Shown: positions 13,964 to 25,234, numbered from the stretch's first letter. The stretch: DNA of 64,000 bases from Octopus vulgaris (GCA_951406725.2 OX597819.1:131006001-131070000); one strand, 5' to 3'. Notes: a model not told the origin generated them from the letters alone. Translations and numbers: made by a program.

Positions 13964-14639
13964 GTAAGTCGCTCTTTCCAACCAAATTCTTACCTTTTTT
14001 CCTACCAACTGTTTCACTTAAACCTCTTCTACCTTCTGATTAATGTTTTAGATGCTTCTTACGACTTTTAACCTTAAAAAACGGAATTCCTTTTTCTCCC
14101 TCACTCCTCATGGAGCACAGCCATGCTGTCTCTCTTCAACACTTTTGTCTCTGATTTACATTAAAATGCGTTTTCCGTAGGAATTATAAAATTTCCTAAG
14201 AATTCTTCATACAGTCTAAATTAATAAAACGCAATATTTTATTATAAGTGAACCTATTATTGAAACTTTACATTTATTTCTTAACTTTTGCTTAAAAATT
14301 AATCCCTTTTTTTTCAATACATTTTAAAACTTAAGGACTACTATAGCTTTATATATATATTAATTAATTTAGGGTTCAGCAACGATTTGCCTCACCACAC
14401 AACGAATTTAGAAATAGCAGTCAAAAAGTTTTGGCTATTCTTTCTACTTAAAAGGGAGAAATTAATGATTATTTCTAAATTAATTAATTTCACCCTATAT
14501 TATTGATATATGTATATATAGCTGTGGTAATCCTTAGGTTTTAAAATGTATAAAACAGGGATATTCATTTCATTTAGCTTCAGCTCACGAGCTGTGGCCG
14601 TGCTGGGGCACCGTCATTAAAATTAGGCGAACCAGCCGT

Positions 14640-14692
14640 CGGGATTGAACCGGGGACCTTTAGATCTTCAGTCTAACGCTCTCCCAACTGAG
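14640..14692 (-). pseudogene. tRNA-Phe fragment lacking both acceptor-stem strands
   Basis: Reverse complement matches the D, anticodon and T arms of the tRNA at 125-197 with 1 mismatch; GCCGAAA and TTTCGGCA ends absent. Confidence 0.85.
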
Positions 14693-14912
14693 ATATATAT
14701 AAGTTTATATGCGTTCACATTCGATATTAATGGCGATTTCTATGGAACTGTGTGGAAATGTTAAGAACAGAGACCACGTGGCTCGTTCAAGATTTACTGA
14801 AATCAACACCACGATACTTCGAGGTTTTTGTTCAATTTATCCGTGTTTGTAGACGAAAAGCCAGACGTACATATGAAAATAAAATTCTTGTTAATGCGAG
14901 TTAAAAAGTTAC

Positions 14913-15041
14913 GCACTCCTCGACTGCTTTCACTCTTCATAGATTGTGAGTTACTGTTTTAAAGTGCAATATTAACTCGGTGATCCTGCGTACACCAACT
15001 GTCCTAATTCAGTCAGGTGCCCGTTAAGACACCGGACAATG
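14913..15041 (+). ncRNA. Candidate box H/ACA snoRNA, copy 1 (most diverged)
   Basis: Hairpin GCACT...AGTGC, H box ATATTA (ANANNA), hairpin TCGGTG...CACCGG, ACA at 15036-15038 plus 3 nt; ~130 nt; intronic in a ribosomal protein gene. Confidence 0.65.
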
Positions 15042-15819
15042 TGTATAATTTAAGTTATGACTATTTAAAATCATTACCTTTTAAAAGCCCAGGTGGTGAG
15101 ATCGAGATCAAATGCGGAGCTTGCCATTGAAGTCGTCGTTTCTGAATTTTTTTATGTGAGATTTGTAGGGAATTTGGCTGCTATTTCTAAACAAGTTGCC
15201 CTCTTCTCTCTAACCAATTGTCTCGGTTACTGGTGTAAGCACATCTGTACTATAGTGATTTTATTGCGCATCTTGTTTATGTAGAATTGTAGACTAATGG
15301 GGCATCTGGGATCTTGAAAGAGAATCTCATTCAGAGACCATGCCGAAGCCAGTGGACTTCCAGTTTTCTCTTTTAGGTGACCGTATAGGCTTCAAACCGT
15401 CTTTTTTTATTTTTTTAAACCAGTTAATGTTTGTCAAGTAAGTGTGGCCTTATGAAAAAGTTATTCACTTGAGACATGCTGGTTTGAGTTCAGTCCCGCT
15501 GGGCAGCAGTGTGCAAGTTACATTGGGCCCAACATGCAAAACTGAACGCCCAGTTTTGCTCAAGTGATATTTGCCCCCTGTAATAGGGGGTTTGTCATTG
15601 TTGCCGTTGGAATTATAGTTTGTGTCTGGGCTAGTTTTATATTTATTTTCAGGCGAGGGAAATAGTATTTAGGATAATGTTCAGCACATTATATGTCTTT
15701 ATGATTTTAAATTAACACGGACTGTGGAGCAGTTGCTGAGATCTGGGGTTCTAATGAAAGTTATTTATAACTGAAGGTGTGACATATGGGTTAGGGTTTC
15801 CATAGCTGCCATTTCTAGA

Positions 15820-15899
15820 CAGTATAGATGATGACTTTCGAATATTTTCTGATTGTATGATTAAGATTTTATGCTACTTTACCACCGTCTGATATACTG
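15820..15899 (+). ncRNA. Candidate box C/D snoRNA, copy a
   Basis: Terminal stem CAGTATA/TATACTG, box C ATGATGA (15828), D' CTGA, C'-like ATGATTA, guide GCTACTTTACCACCGT, box D CTGA (15889); 80 nt. Confidence 0.8.
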
Positions 15900-16510
15900 C
15901 TATGGCACCTGTGAAACATCTTTACAAATCATTTAGAAAGGCGACTGATTGTATTCGCTTTCTCTCTCTCTTTTCCAATTTATGCTCTAGAGGAGAGGTT
16001 TGGGTTGGATCTGTGGTTGGTAGTAATACTGTACAGTGATGCTCTTAGATTCCTGGCAAATCAGCATTTAGAAGTGTGAAGGTTGGGAGTTCCTTCAACA
16101 GCTTTAGTGTTTCAAAGTATAGTTAAGGAATTGTAGTCGACGAGTAAACCTTTTTGTGTTATCCTCAAAGACATGGCTAAATAAACCAGAGCAAGCAGGA
16201 CATGTTTCTACCAAGATTAATAGGTTATTTTGAATTTCTTTGTTAAACTATATAAGACATGTATTTTACCTGTGAATTTGTGAAATCTGTCTTACTTTTT
16301 TAAATTAAGGACAAACATGATTGTAAATTGGGTTGTTTTCCTTTAAAGCAGAAGAAAGCTATAGATCTATGTCTTCACAAGGTACTTCTCAGCAATCTCG
16401 GTACTTGTAAATTGTGAGCATGTTTGAAGATGCTATTTTCATTAAATGGTTCTAAACATATGTACATATTTAGAAAATGAAGTTATTCTTCTTAATGCAA
16501 GTTAAAATTT

Positions 16511-16640
16511 GCACTTCCTCGACCACTTTCACTCTTCATAGATTGTGAGTTACTGATTAAAAGTGCTATATTAACTCTGTGATCCTGCGTACACCAACTG
16601 TCCTAATTCAGTGTGGTGCCCGTTAAGACACCGGACAATG
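16511..16640 (+). ncRNA. Candidate box H/ACA snoRNA, copy 2
   Basis: GCACTT...AAGTGC hairpin, H box ATATTA, second hairpin, ACA at 16635. Confidence 0.65.
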
Positions 16641-17627
16641 TGGATAATTCAAGTCTGCTTCTACGCAGGAGTTCTGATCCTGTTTTGATGTACGTATGGA
16701 ATGATATGAATTTGGCTAATTCGAAAGTCTAACAGTTATGACCATTTAAAATCATTACCTTTTAAAAGCCTAGGTAGTGAGATCGAGATCAAATGCGGAG
16801 TTTGCCATTGAAGGATACAGGGCCATCTACAACGCTGTTCACAGTATGATTTCACTGAATTACGAGTTTAGGCGCTGCCCCATTTGGTACCTCTTATGTG
16901 AATGTGTTTCGAAAGTCCATGAGAACTCGTCTTTGCTGTTTTTAATATGGAATTCTCGAAATAATGTGAGATTTGTAGGGAATTTGGCTGCTATTTCTAA
17001 ACAAGTTGCCCTCTTCTCTCTAATCAATTGTCTCTGTTACTGGAGTAAGCACATCACTACTATTGTGATTTTATTGCGCATCTTGTTTATGTAGAATTGT
17101 AGACTAATGGGGCATCTGGGATCTTCAAAGAGAATCTCAACTAGAGAATACCCTAATCCGGATCATGTCGAAGCCAGTGGACTTCCAGTTTTCTCTTTTA
17201 GGTGACCGTATAGGCTTCAAACCATCTTCTTTTTTTTCTTTTACACCAGTTAATGTTTGTCAAGTAAGTGTGGCCTTATGAAAAAAATGTTCACTTGAGA
17301 CATGCCGGTTTGAGTTCAGTCCCACTGGGCTGCAGTGTTAAAGCCCAGTTTTGTTCAAGTGATATTTGCCCCCTGTAATAGGGGTCTTGTCATTGTTGCC
17401 GTTGGAATTATAGTTTGTGTCTGGACTAGTTTTATATTTATTTTCAGGCGAGGAAATAGTATTTAGGATAATGTTCGGCATGTTATATGTCTTTATGATT
17501 TTAAATTAACACGGACTGTGGAGCAGTTGCTGAGATCTGGGGTTCTAATGGAAGCTAAGACATGAAAATTATTGATAACTGAAGGTGTGACATATGGGTT
17601 AGGGTTTCCATAGCTGCCATTTCTAGA

Positions 17628-17707
17628 CAGTATAGATGATGACTTTCGAATATTTTCTGATTGTATGATTAAGATTTTATGCTACTTTACCACCGTCTGA
17701 TATACTG
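17628..17707 (+). ncRNA. Candidate box C/D snoRNA, copy b
   Basis: Identical to 15820-15899. Confidence 0.8.
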
Positions 17708-18367
17708 CTATGGCACCTGTGAAACATCTTTACAAATCATTTAACTGATTTAGAAAGGCGACTGATTATATTCGCTTTCTCTCTCTTTATGCTCTAGAGG
17801 GAAGTTTGTGGTTGGTAGTAATACTGTACAGTGATGCTCTTAGATTCCTGGCAAATCAGCATTTAGAAGTGTGAAAGTTGGGTGTTCCTTCAACAGCTTT
17901 AGTGTTTCAAAGTATAGTTAAGGAATTGTAGTCATTGTTCTTAAAGTTTTTTTGTATAGATGCTGTATTGCAAAGAGTCGGGTTTTTGCAGGTGTTACGA
18001 GTAAACCTTCTTGTGTTATCCTCAAAGACATGGCTAGATAAAACCAGAGCAAGAGGGACATGTTTCTACCAATATTAATAGGTTATTTTAAATTTCTTTG
18101 TTAAACTATATAAGACATGTATTTTACCTGTGAATTTGTGAAATCTGTCTTACATTTTGAATTCAGGACAAACATGATTGTAAATTGGGTTGTTTTCCTT
18201 TAAAGCAGAAGAAAGCTATAGATCTATGTCTTCACAAGGTACTTCTCAGCAATCTCGGTACTTGTAAATTGTGAGCATGTTTGAAGATGCTATTTTCATT
18301 AAATGGTTCTAAACAAATGTACATATTTAAAAAATGAAGTTATTCTTCTTAATGCAAGTTAAAATTT

Positions 18368-18497
18368 GCACTTCCTCGACCACTTTCACTCTTCATAGAT
18401 TGTGAGTTACTAATTAAAAGTGCTACATTAACTCTGTGATCCTGCGTACACCAACTGTCCTAATTCAGTCAGGTGCCCGTTAAGACACCGGACAATG
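18368..18497 (+). ncRNA. Candidate box H/ACA snoRNA, copy 3
   Basis: Same architecture; H box ACATTA; ACA at 18492. Confidence 0.65.
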
Positions 18498-19995
18498 TGT
18501 ATAATTTAAGTCTGCTTCTACGCAGGAGTTCTGATCCTGTTTTGATGTACGTATGGAATGATATGAATTTGGCTAATTCGAAAGTCTAACAGTTATGACT
18601 ATTTAAAATCATTACCTTTTAACAGCCTAGGTAGTGAGATCGAGATCAAATGCAGAGTTTGCCATTGAAGGATACAGGGTCATCTACAACGCTGTTCACA
18701 GTATGATTTCACTGAATTACGAGTTTAGGCGCTGCCCCATTTGGTACCTCTTATGTGAGTGTGTTTCGAAAGTCCATGAGAACTCGTCTGTACTGTTTTT
18801 AATATATTTGAAGCCTAAGGTAGTGAGATCGTGATCAAATGCAGGGCTTGCCATTGAAGGATACAGGGCCATCTACAACGCTGTCCACAGTGTGATTTCA
18901 CTGAATTACGACTTTAGGCGCTCCCCCGTTTGTCACCTCTTATGTAAATGTGTTTTGTGAAGGAAAGTATCTCGTGTTTCGAAAGTCCATGAGAACTCGT
19001 CTGTGTTGTTTTTAATATGGAATTATTGAAATAAACTAGCAGTACAGACTTGCCATTCTTTTTATTTTATAGACATCTGCGAAAGGGCACCCGAACTAAT
19101 TATATTGATGAGATTTTGTCCTAACCCGGTCTTTGTGTTACTATTGTAAAATATATTTGAATAAACCTTGTATGGCTCATTTTTCGGTGTTTGGGCAATT
19201 GAAATTTCTCGGAATTAATGGGATGTTGCTTTCTTTTTGAAGTTTGTCCTCAGATGAACCCTAATCTAACAGAAATGTAATTAAAGAAGTTCCAGTGGTC
19301 GTTTCTGCATTTTTAATCTGAGATTTGTAGGGAATTTGGCTGCTATTTCTAAACAAGTTGCCCTCTTCTCTCTAACCAATTGTCTTTGTTACTGGAGTAA
19401 GCACATCACTACTATTGTGATTTTATTACGCATCTTGTTTATGTAGAATTGTAGACTAATGGGGCATCTGGGATCTTCAAAGAGAATCTCGACTAGAGAA
19501 TACCCTAACCCAGACCATGTCGAAGCCAGTGGTTTAGGTGACTGTATAGGCTTCAAACCATCTTTTTTTTTTTTTTTTTAACCGGTTAATGTTAGTCAAG
19601 TAAGTGTGGTCTTATGAAAAAGATGTTCACTTGAGACATGCTGGTTTGAGTTCAGTCCCACTGGACAGCAGTGTGCAAGTTACATTAGGCCCAACATGCA
19701 AAACTGAAAGCCCAGTTTTGCTCAAGTGATATTTGCCCCCTGTAATAGGGGTCTTGTCATTGCTGCCTTTGGAATTATAGTTTGTGTCTGGACTAGTTTT
19801 ATATTTATTTTCAGGCGAGGGAAATAGTATTTAGGATAATGTTCGGCATGTTATATGTCTTTATGATTTTAAATTAACACGGACTGTGGAGCAGTTGCTG
19901 ACATCTGGGGTTCTAATGGAAGCTAAGACATGAAAATTATTTATAACTGAAGGTGTGGCATATGGGTTAGGGTTTCCATAGCTGCCATTTCTAGA

Positions 19996-20075
19996 CAGTA
20001 TAGATGATGACTTTCGAATATTTTCTGATTGTATGATTAAGATTTTATGCTACTTTACCACCGTCTGATATACTG
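19996..20075 (+). ncRNA. Candidate box C/D snoRNA, copy c
   Basis: Identical to 15820-15899. Confidence 0.8.
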
Positions 20076-20655
20076 CTATGGCACCTGTGAAACATCTTTA
20101 CAGATCATTTAGAAAGGCGACTGATTGTATTCGCTTTCTCTCTCTCTTTTCCAATTTATGCTCTAGAGGAGAGGTTTGGGTTGGATCTGTGGTTGGTAGT
20201 AATACTGTACAGTGATGCTCTTAGATTCCTGGCAAATCAGCATTTAGAAGTGTGAAGGTTGGGAGTTCCTTCAACAGCTTTAGTGTTTCAAAGTATAGTT
20301 AAGGAATTGTAGTTGACGAGTAAACCTTTTTGTGTTATCCTCAAAGACATGGCTAAATAAACCAGAGCAAGCAGGACATGTTTCTACCAAGATTAATAGG
20401 TTATTTTGAATTTCTTTGTTAAACTATATAAGACATGTATTTTACCTGTGAGTTTGTGAAATCTGTCTTACATTTTGAATTCAGGACAAACATGATTGTA
20501 AATTGGGATGTTTTCCTTTAAAGCAGAGGAAAGCTATAGATCTATGTCTTCACAAAGTACTTCTCAGCAATCTCGGTGCTATTTTCATTAAATGGTTCTA
20601 AACAAATGTACATATTTAAAAATGAAGTTATTCTTCTTAATGCAAGTTGAAATTT

Positions 20656-20785
20656 GCACTTCCTCGACCACTTTCACTCTTCATAGATTGTGAGTTACTG
20701 ATTAAAAGTGCTACATTAACTCTGTGATCCTGCGTACACCAACTGTCCTAATTCAGTCAGGTGCCCGTTAAGACACCGGACAATG
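20656..20785 (+). ncRNA. Candidate box H/ACA snoRNA, copy 4
   Basis: Same architecture; H box ACATTA; ACA at 20780. Confidence 0.65.
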
Positions 20786-21870
20786 TGGATAATTCAAGTC
20801 TGCTTCTACGCAGGAGTTCTGATCCTGTTTTGATGTCAGTATGAAATGATATGAATTTAGCTAATTCGAAAGTCTAACAGTTATGACCATTTAAAGTCAT
20901 TACCTTTTAAAAGCCTAAGGTAGTGAGATCGAGATCAAATGCAGGGCTTGCCATTGAAGGATACAGGGCCATCCACAACGCTGTCCACAGTATGATTTCA
21001 CTGAATTACGACTTTAGGCGCTGCCCCGTTTGTCACCTCTTATGTAAATGTGTATCGAAAGTCCATGAGAACTCGTCTGTACTGCATTTAACATGGAATT
21101 CTCGAAATAAACTAGCAGTACAGACTTGCCATTCTTTGTAACAAATGTAATCAAAGAGGTTTCAGTGGTCGTTTCTGAATTTTTAATGTGAGTTTGTAGG
21201 GAATTTGGCTGCTATTTCTAAACAAGTTGCCCTCTTCTCTCTAACCAATTGTCTCTGTTACTGGAGTAAGCACATCACTACTATTGTGATTTTATTGCGC
21301 ATATTGTTTATGTAGAATTGTAGACTAATTGGGCATCTGGGATCTTGAAAGAGAGTCTCATCCAGAGACCATGTCGAAGCCAGTGGACTTCCAGTTTTCT
21401 CTTTTAGGTGACCGTATAGGCTTCAAACCTTTTTTTCTTTCTTTTTTTTTTATACACCAGTTAATGTTTGTCAAGTAAGTGTGGCCTTATGAAAAAGTTG
21501 TTCACTTGAGACATGATGGTTTGAGTTCAGTCCCACTGGGCAGCAGTGTGCAAGTTACATTAGGCCCAACATGCAAAACTGAAAGCCCAGTTTTGCTCAA
21601 GTGATATTTGCCCCCTGTAATAGGGGTCTTGTCATTGTTGCCGTTGGAATTATAGTTTGTGTCTGGACTAGTTTTATATTTATTTTCAGGCGAGGGAAGT
21701 AGTATTTAGGATAATGTTCAGCACATTATATGTCTTTATGATTTTAAATTAACACGGACTGTGGAGCAGTTGCTGAAATCTGGGGTTCTAATGGAAGCTA
21801 AGACATGGAAATTATTTATAACTGAAGGTGTGGCATATGGGTTAGGGTTTCCATAGCTGCCATTTCTAGA

Positions 21871-21950
21871 CAGTATAGATGATGACTTTCGAATATTTTC
21901 TGATTGTATGATTAAGATTTTATGCTACTTTACCACCGTCTGATATACTG
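21871..21950 (+). ncRNA. Candidate box C/D snoRNA, copy d
   Basis: Identical to 15820-15899. Confidence 0.8.
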
Positions 21951-22587
21951 CTATGGCACCTGTGAAACATCTTTACAGATCATTTAGAAAGGCGACTGAT
22001 TGTATTTGCTTTCTCTCTCTCTTTTCCAATTTATGCTCTAGAGGGGAGGTTTTGGTTGGATCTGTGGTTGGTAGTAATACTGTACAGTGATGCTCTTAGA
22101 TTCCTGGCAAATCAGCATTTAGAAGTGTGAAAGTTGGGAGTTCCTTCAACAGCTTTAGTGTTTCAAAGTATAGTTAAGGAATTGTAGTCATTGTTCTTAA
22201 AGTTTTTGCAGGTGTTACGAGTAAACCTTCTTGTGTTATCCTCAAAGACATGGCTAAATAAACCAGAGCAAGCAGGACATGTTTCTACCAAGATTAATAG
22301 GTTATTTTGAATTTCTTTGTTAAACTATATAAGACATGTATTTTACCTGTGAGTTTGTGAAATCTGTCTTACATTTTGAATTCAGGACAAACATGATTGT
22401 AAATTGGGATGTTTTCCTTTAAAGCAGAGGAAAGCTATAGATCTATGTCTTCACAAGGTACTTCTCAGCAATCTCGGTACTTGTAAATTGTGAGCATGTT
22501 TGAAGATGCTATATTCATTAAATGGTTCTAAACAAATGTACATATTTAAAAAATGGAAGTTATTCTTCGTAATGCAAATTGAAATTT

Positions 22588-22717
22588 GCACTTCCTCGAC
22601 CACTTTCACTCTTCATAGATTGTGAGTTACTGATTAAAAGTGCTACATTAACTCGGTGATCCTGCGTACACCAACTGTCCTAATTCAGTCAGGTGCCCGT
22701 TAAGACACCGGACAATG
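22588..22717 (+). ncRNA. Candidate box H/ACA snoRNA, copy 5
   Basis: Same architecture with fully paired TCGGTG/CACCGG stem; H box ACATTA; ACA at 22712. Confidence 0.7.
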
Positions 22718-23102
22718 TGTATATTCCAGACTTTGGCTTTCTTGGTGGTGCCACATTGAGTGAATAGTCTTGCATGCTCTGAACTACTCCTTCATTCTGG
22801 TATCAATTTAGGCTCCAGACAATATATGCCAATCAGCTTTTTCTATGAAAAATCCATTATTGTCACTCAGGAATTATGTAAGAAAACTTTGCATTTTTGG
22901 GCTGTTTTGTGATTGTCATTGAAAGGTCACAATGTTGGCTTTCACTTGCATGCTACAACATACAAGTTACATCAGCAGTTGAGATTGAGAGGTAAGGTTA
23001 ATCTTTTTAGAAGTAAGTTAAGAAAATGTAGTTACCATTAAGTACAGAAAAGTGCTCAAATTTCTATTTGTTTACTTCAGCAGTCTCCACTACGGCCATT
23101 CA

Positions 23103-23382
23103 ACAGATGATGACTTTTTGATGCTCTGAAAGCCTGATTAATTTTCTATATTTCTTTATTACCCACTAGGGGCTAAACACAGAGGGGACAAACAAGGACA
23201 GACATAGGTATTAAGTCGATTACATCGACCCCAGTGCGTAACTGGTACTTAATTTATCGACCCCAAAGGGATGAAAGACAAAGTCAACCTCGGCAGACGA
23301 AATACCGCTAAGCATTTCGCCCAGCGTGCTAATGTTTCTGCCAGCTTACCACCTTAATTGCTACATTACCACCGTCTGATGT
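23103..23382 (+). pseudogene. Diverged paralogue of the C/D snoRNA, split by a family-A SINE (~23150-23355)
   Basis: AGATGATGACTTT...CTGA...CTGATTAA before the SINE; TTGCTACATTACCACCGTCTGATGT after it. Confidence 0.7.
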
Positions 23383-23754
23383 ACTTCTATGGCAAGCAAT
23401 GTGGAGATTTAACTGTTTACAAAAATAAACTGTTCAATTAGTAAATAATTGTCCCAAAAGCCTCTTAATTTCATTTTTTACGTTACACAATAAGAAACCT
23501 AAAATGCATTTTTATTTTTCAATCTGAGATTCACTTCAATTTATATTAGCTTCAGTTTGTGTGTGTGTGACAAATTTTTGCTGCTTTATAATTTTTTTAT
23601 TAGAGAAGTTCTGTTAAGGTGACTGTAACAACAAATTAGTATTTAGTGTGTTGAAAACTGGGTCTCAGATTATGAGATGCAGTCGTCAGATGAGTGAGTG
23701 TAACATAAATTTGCCTTATTGACAGGTGTGCATTTTCTTTTATCTCATTGCAGA

Positions 23755-25018
23755 ATGCGTTACGTGGCCGCTTATCTCCTTGCCACCCTTGGGGGTGTGA
23801 AACAACCAACTGAAGCTGATTTGGAGAAGATTTTAGGCAGCGTTGGTATTGAGGCCGAAGCCAGTAAAATGAAGAAAGTCATCTCACAGCTTAAGGACAA
23901 AGACCCAGCCACTCTCATTAAAGAAGGTAATTTTGGCACTGCCACGTTTATTTGTTGTTGATATTTGCACGTAAAAAGCACCCACTACACTCACGGAGTG
24001 GTTGGCGTTAGGAAGGGCATCCAGCCGTAGAAACATTACCAGATCAAACTGGGCCTGGTGCAACCTTCTGGCTTCCCAGACCCCAGTTGAACCGTCCAAC
24101 CCATCCTAGCATGGAAAGCGGACGCTAAACGATGATGATGATGATGATGATTGGCCCTCCTTTCGTTTTGTCTTGCAAGTCACTTGGTAACTTGTGTTGG
24201 CGCAAAGAAAAGCACCCGATACACACTGTAAAAAGATGGTCGTTAAGTGTCGCATAGAGAATTGTGTTGCCCTGTGACGACAGTTCTCTGGCCGGCCAGA
24301 TCCTGTCAAACTGTCCCAACCCATGGCAGCATAAAAAAACAGACATTAAATGATTATGACTTTTCTTTCTGTTTCTTCTTTCAATTGGGGGTGGATGAGT
24401 CAACATTACTTGTGTGTGCAAACAAAAGTTGGCCGTAAAACTTGACCTGCCTTCGAGTTGCTTGAGCTGCTTGGAGGATAAGGTATTAAACGTGTAACAA
24501 ACTGGAGTTGGCTTGCACAAAGGTCAGTTTGATGAAGGCTGGTTTAGGAGGGGAGGGTCTTTACTCAAAGAGAGATGAAAGTTATGATGGATGTGCAGGT
24601 TATGCCCTTCCACTAAAAGAGCCTACAGAATTCGTTGCAGTGATGTAGTATGCTGGTGTTTTGTTGATTCTATTTCTTGACTGCAGTTCCTTAGAAATAT
24701 TGTGTCTGGATTTGATTGGGTTTTCTTTTTCTCTTCTTTCACAGGTCAACTGAAGCTTGCATCTGTCCCAAGTGGAGGTGGTGCTGCTGTTTCTGCTGCA
24801 CCCGCTGCCTCTGGTGCAGCACCTGCAGAGAAAGCTGAAGGTGAGAGACTAAAACATTCCCTCTTCATTTTTCTTTTCTTTTTACTTTTTAATTTCCTTC
24901 TGTATTTTTCTAATATTTATATTTTTTCCTTTAATTCTCCATTACAGAAAAGAAAGAAGAGAAGAAAGAGGAGTCAGAAGAATCAGATGATGACATGGGC
25001 TTTGGTCTCTTTGACTAA
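23755..25018 (+). CDS. RPLP2: 60S acidic ribosomal protein P2, 112 aa; join(23755..23926,24745..24840,24948..25018)
   Basis: MRYVAAYLLATLGG...LEKILGSVGIEAE...IKEG / QLKLASVPSGGGAAVSAAPAASGAAPAEKAE / EKKEEKKEESEESDDDMGFGLFD*. GT-AG introns keep frame (172+96+71=339 nt); ATTAAA at 25043. Confidence 0.97.
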
Positions 25019-25088
25019 TGATCATCTATCATTTTTTTCTCCATTAAAGATTTATCATTGTATAAATTCTTGTTTTGCCTCTTTTTTA

Positions 25089-25147
<59 letters not shown>

Positions 25148-25196
25148 AAACAAGTAAAAAATAGAAAATGCTAAAATAATTTTATAGTGAACATTT

Positions 25197-25234
25197 CAGT
25201 ACCGGTTTCGGTCATTTTGAGACCTTTTCAACTG
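25197..25234 (-). ncRNA. Minimal type-I hammerhead ribozyme motif (U3:A8 variant), probably Penelope-associated
   Basis: Minus strand: CAG TTGAAAA GGTC-TCAAAAT-GACC GAAAC CG GTA CTG. Stem I CAG/CTG, stem II GGTC/GACC, palindromic stem III ACCGGT, GUA triplet. Confidence 0.6.

Larger units (their letters stand above)
14885..22720 (+). repeat. Tandem array of a ~1.6-2.3 kb unit (4 units plus a final partial) in RPLP2 intron 1
   Basis: Unit marker GATCCTGCGTACACCAACTGTCCTAATTCAG recurs at ~14.98, 16.58, 18.44, 20.73 and 22.66 kb; intervening sequence is near-identical with indels. Confidence 0.95.

Noticed and set aside
16036-16056. GTGATGCTCTTAGATTCCTGG, resembling box C or 18S sense sequence
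   Set aside because: No box D or terminal stem; the short imperfect match is compatible with chance.
15093-21141. Repeated ORFs MRSRSNAEFAIEGY...
   Set aside because: GTG starts, lengths vary with indels, intronic; no coding signature.
22652-22711. Alternative H/ACA targets in 5.8S (CUUAGCGGUGGAUCAC) or 18S (UUAACGAGGAUC)
   Set aside because: The 5.8S pairing invades the lower stem and the 18S match leaves no unpaired U; the 28S site fits the pocket geometry better.
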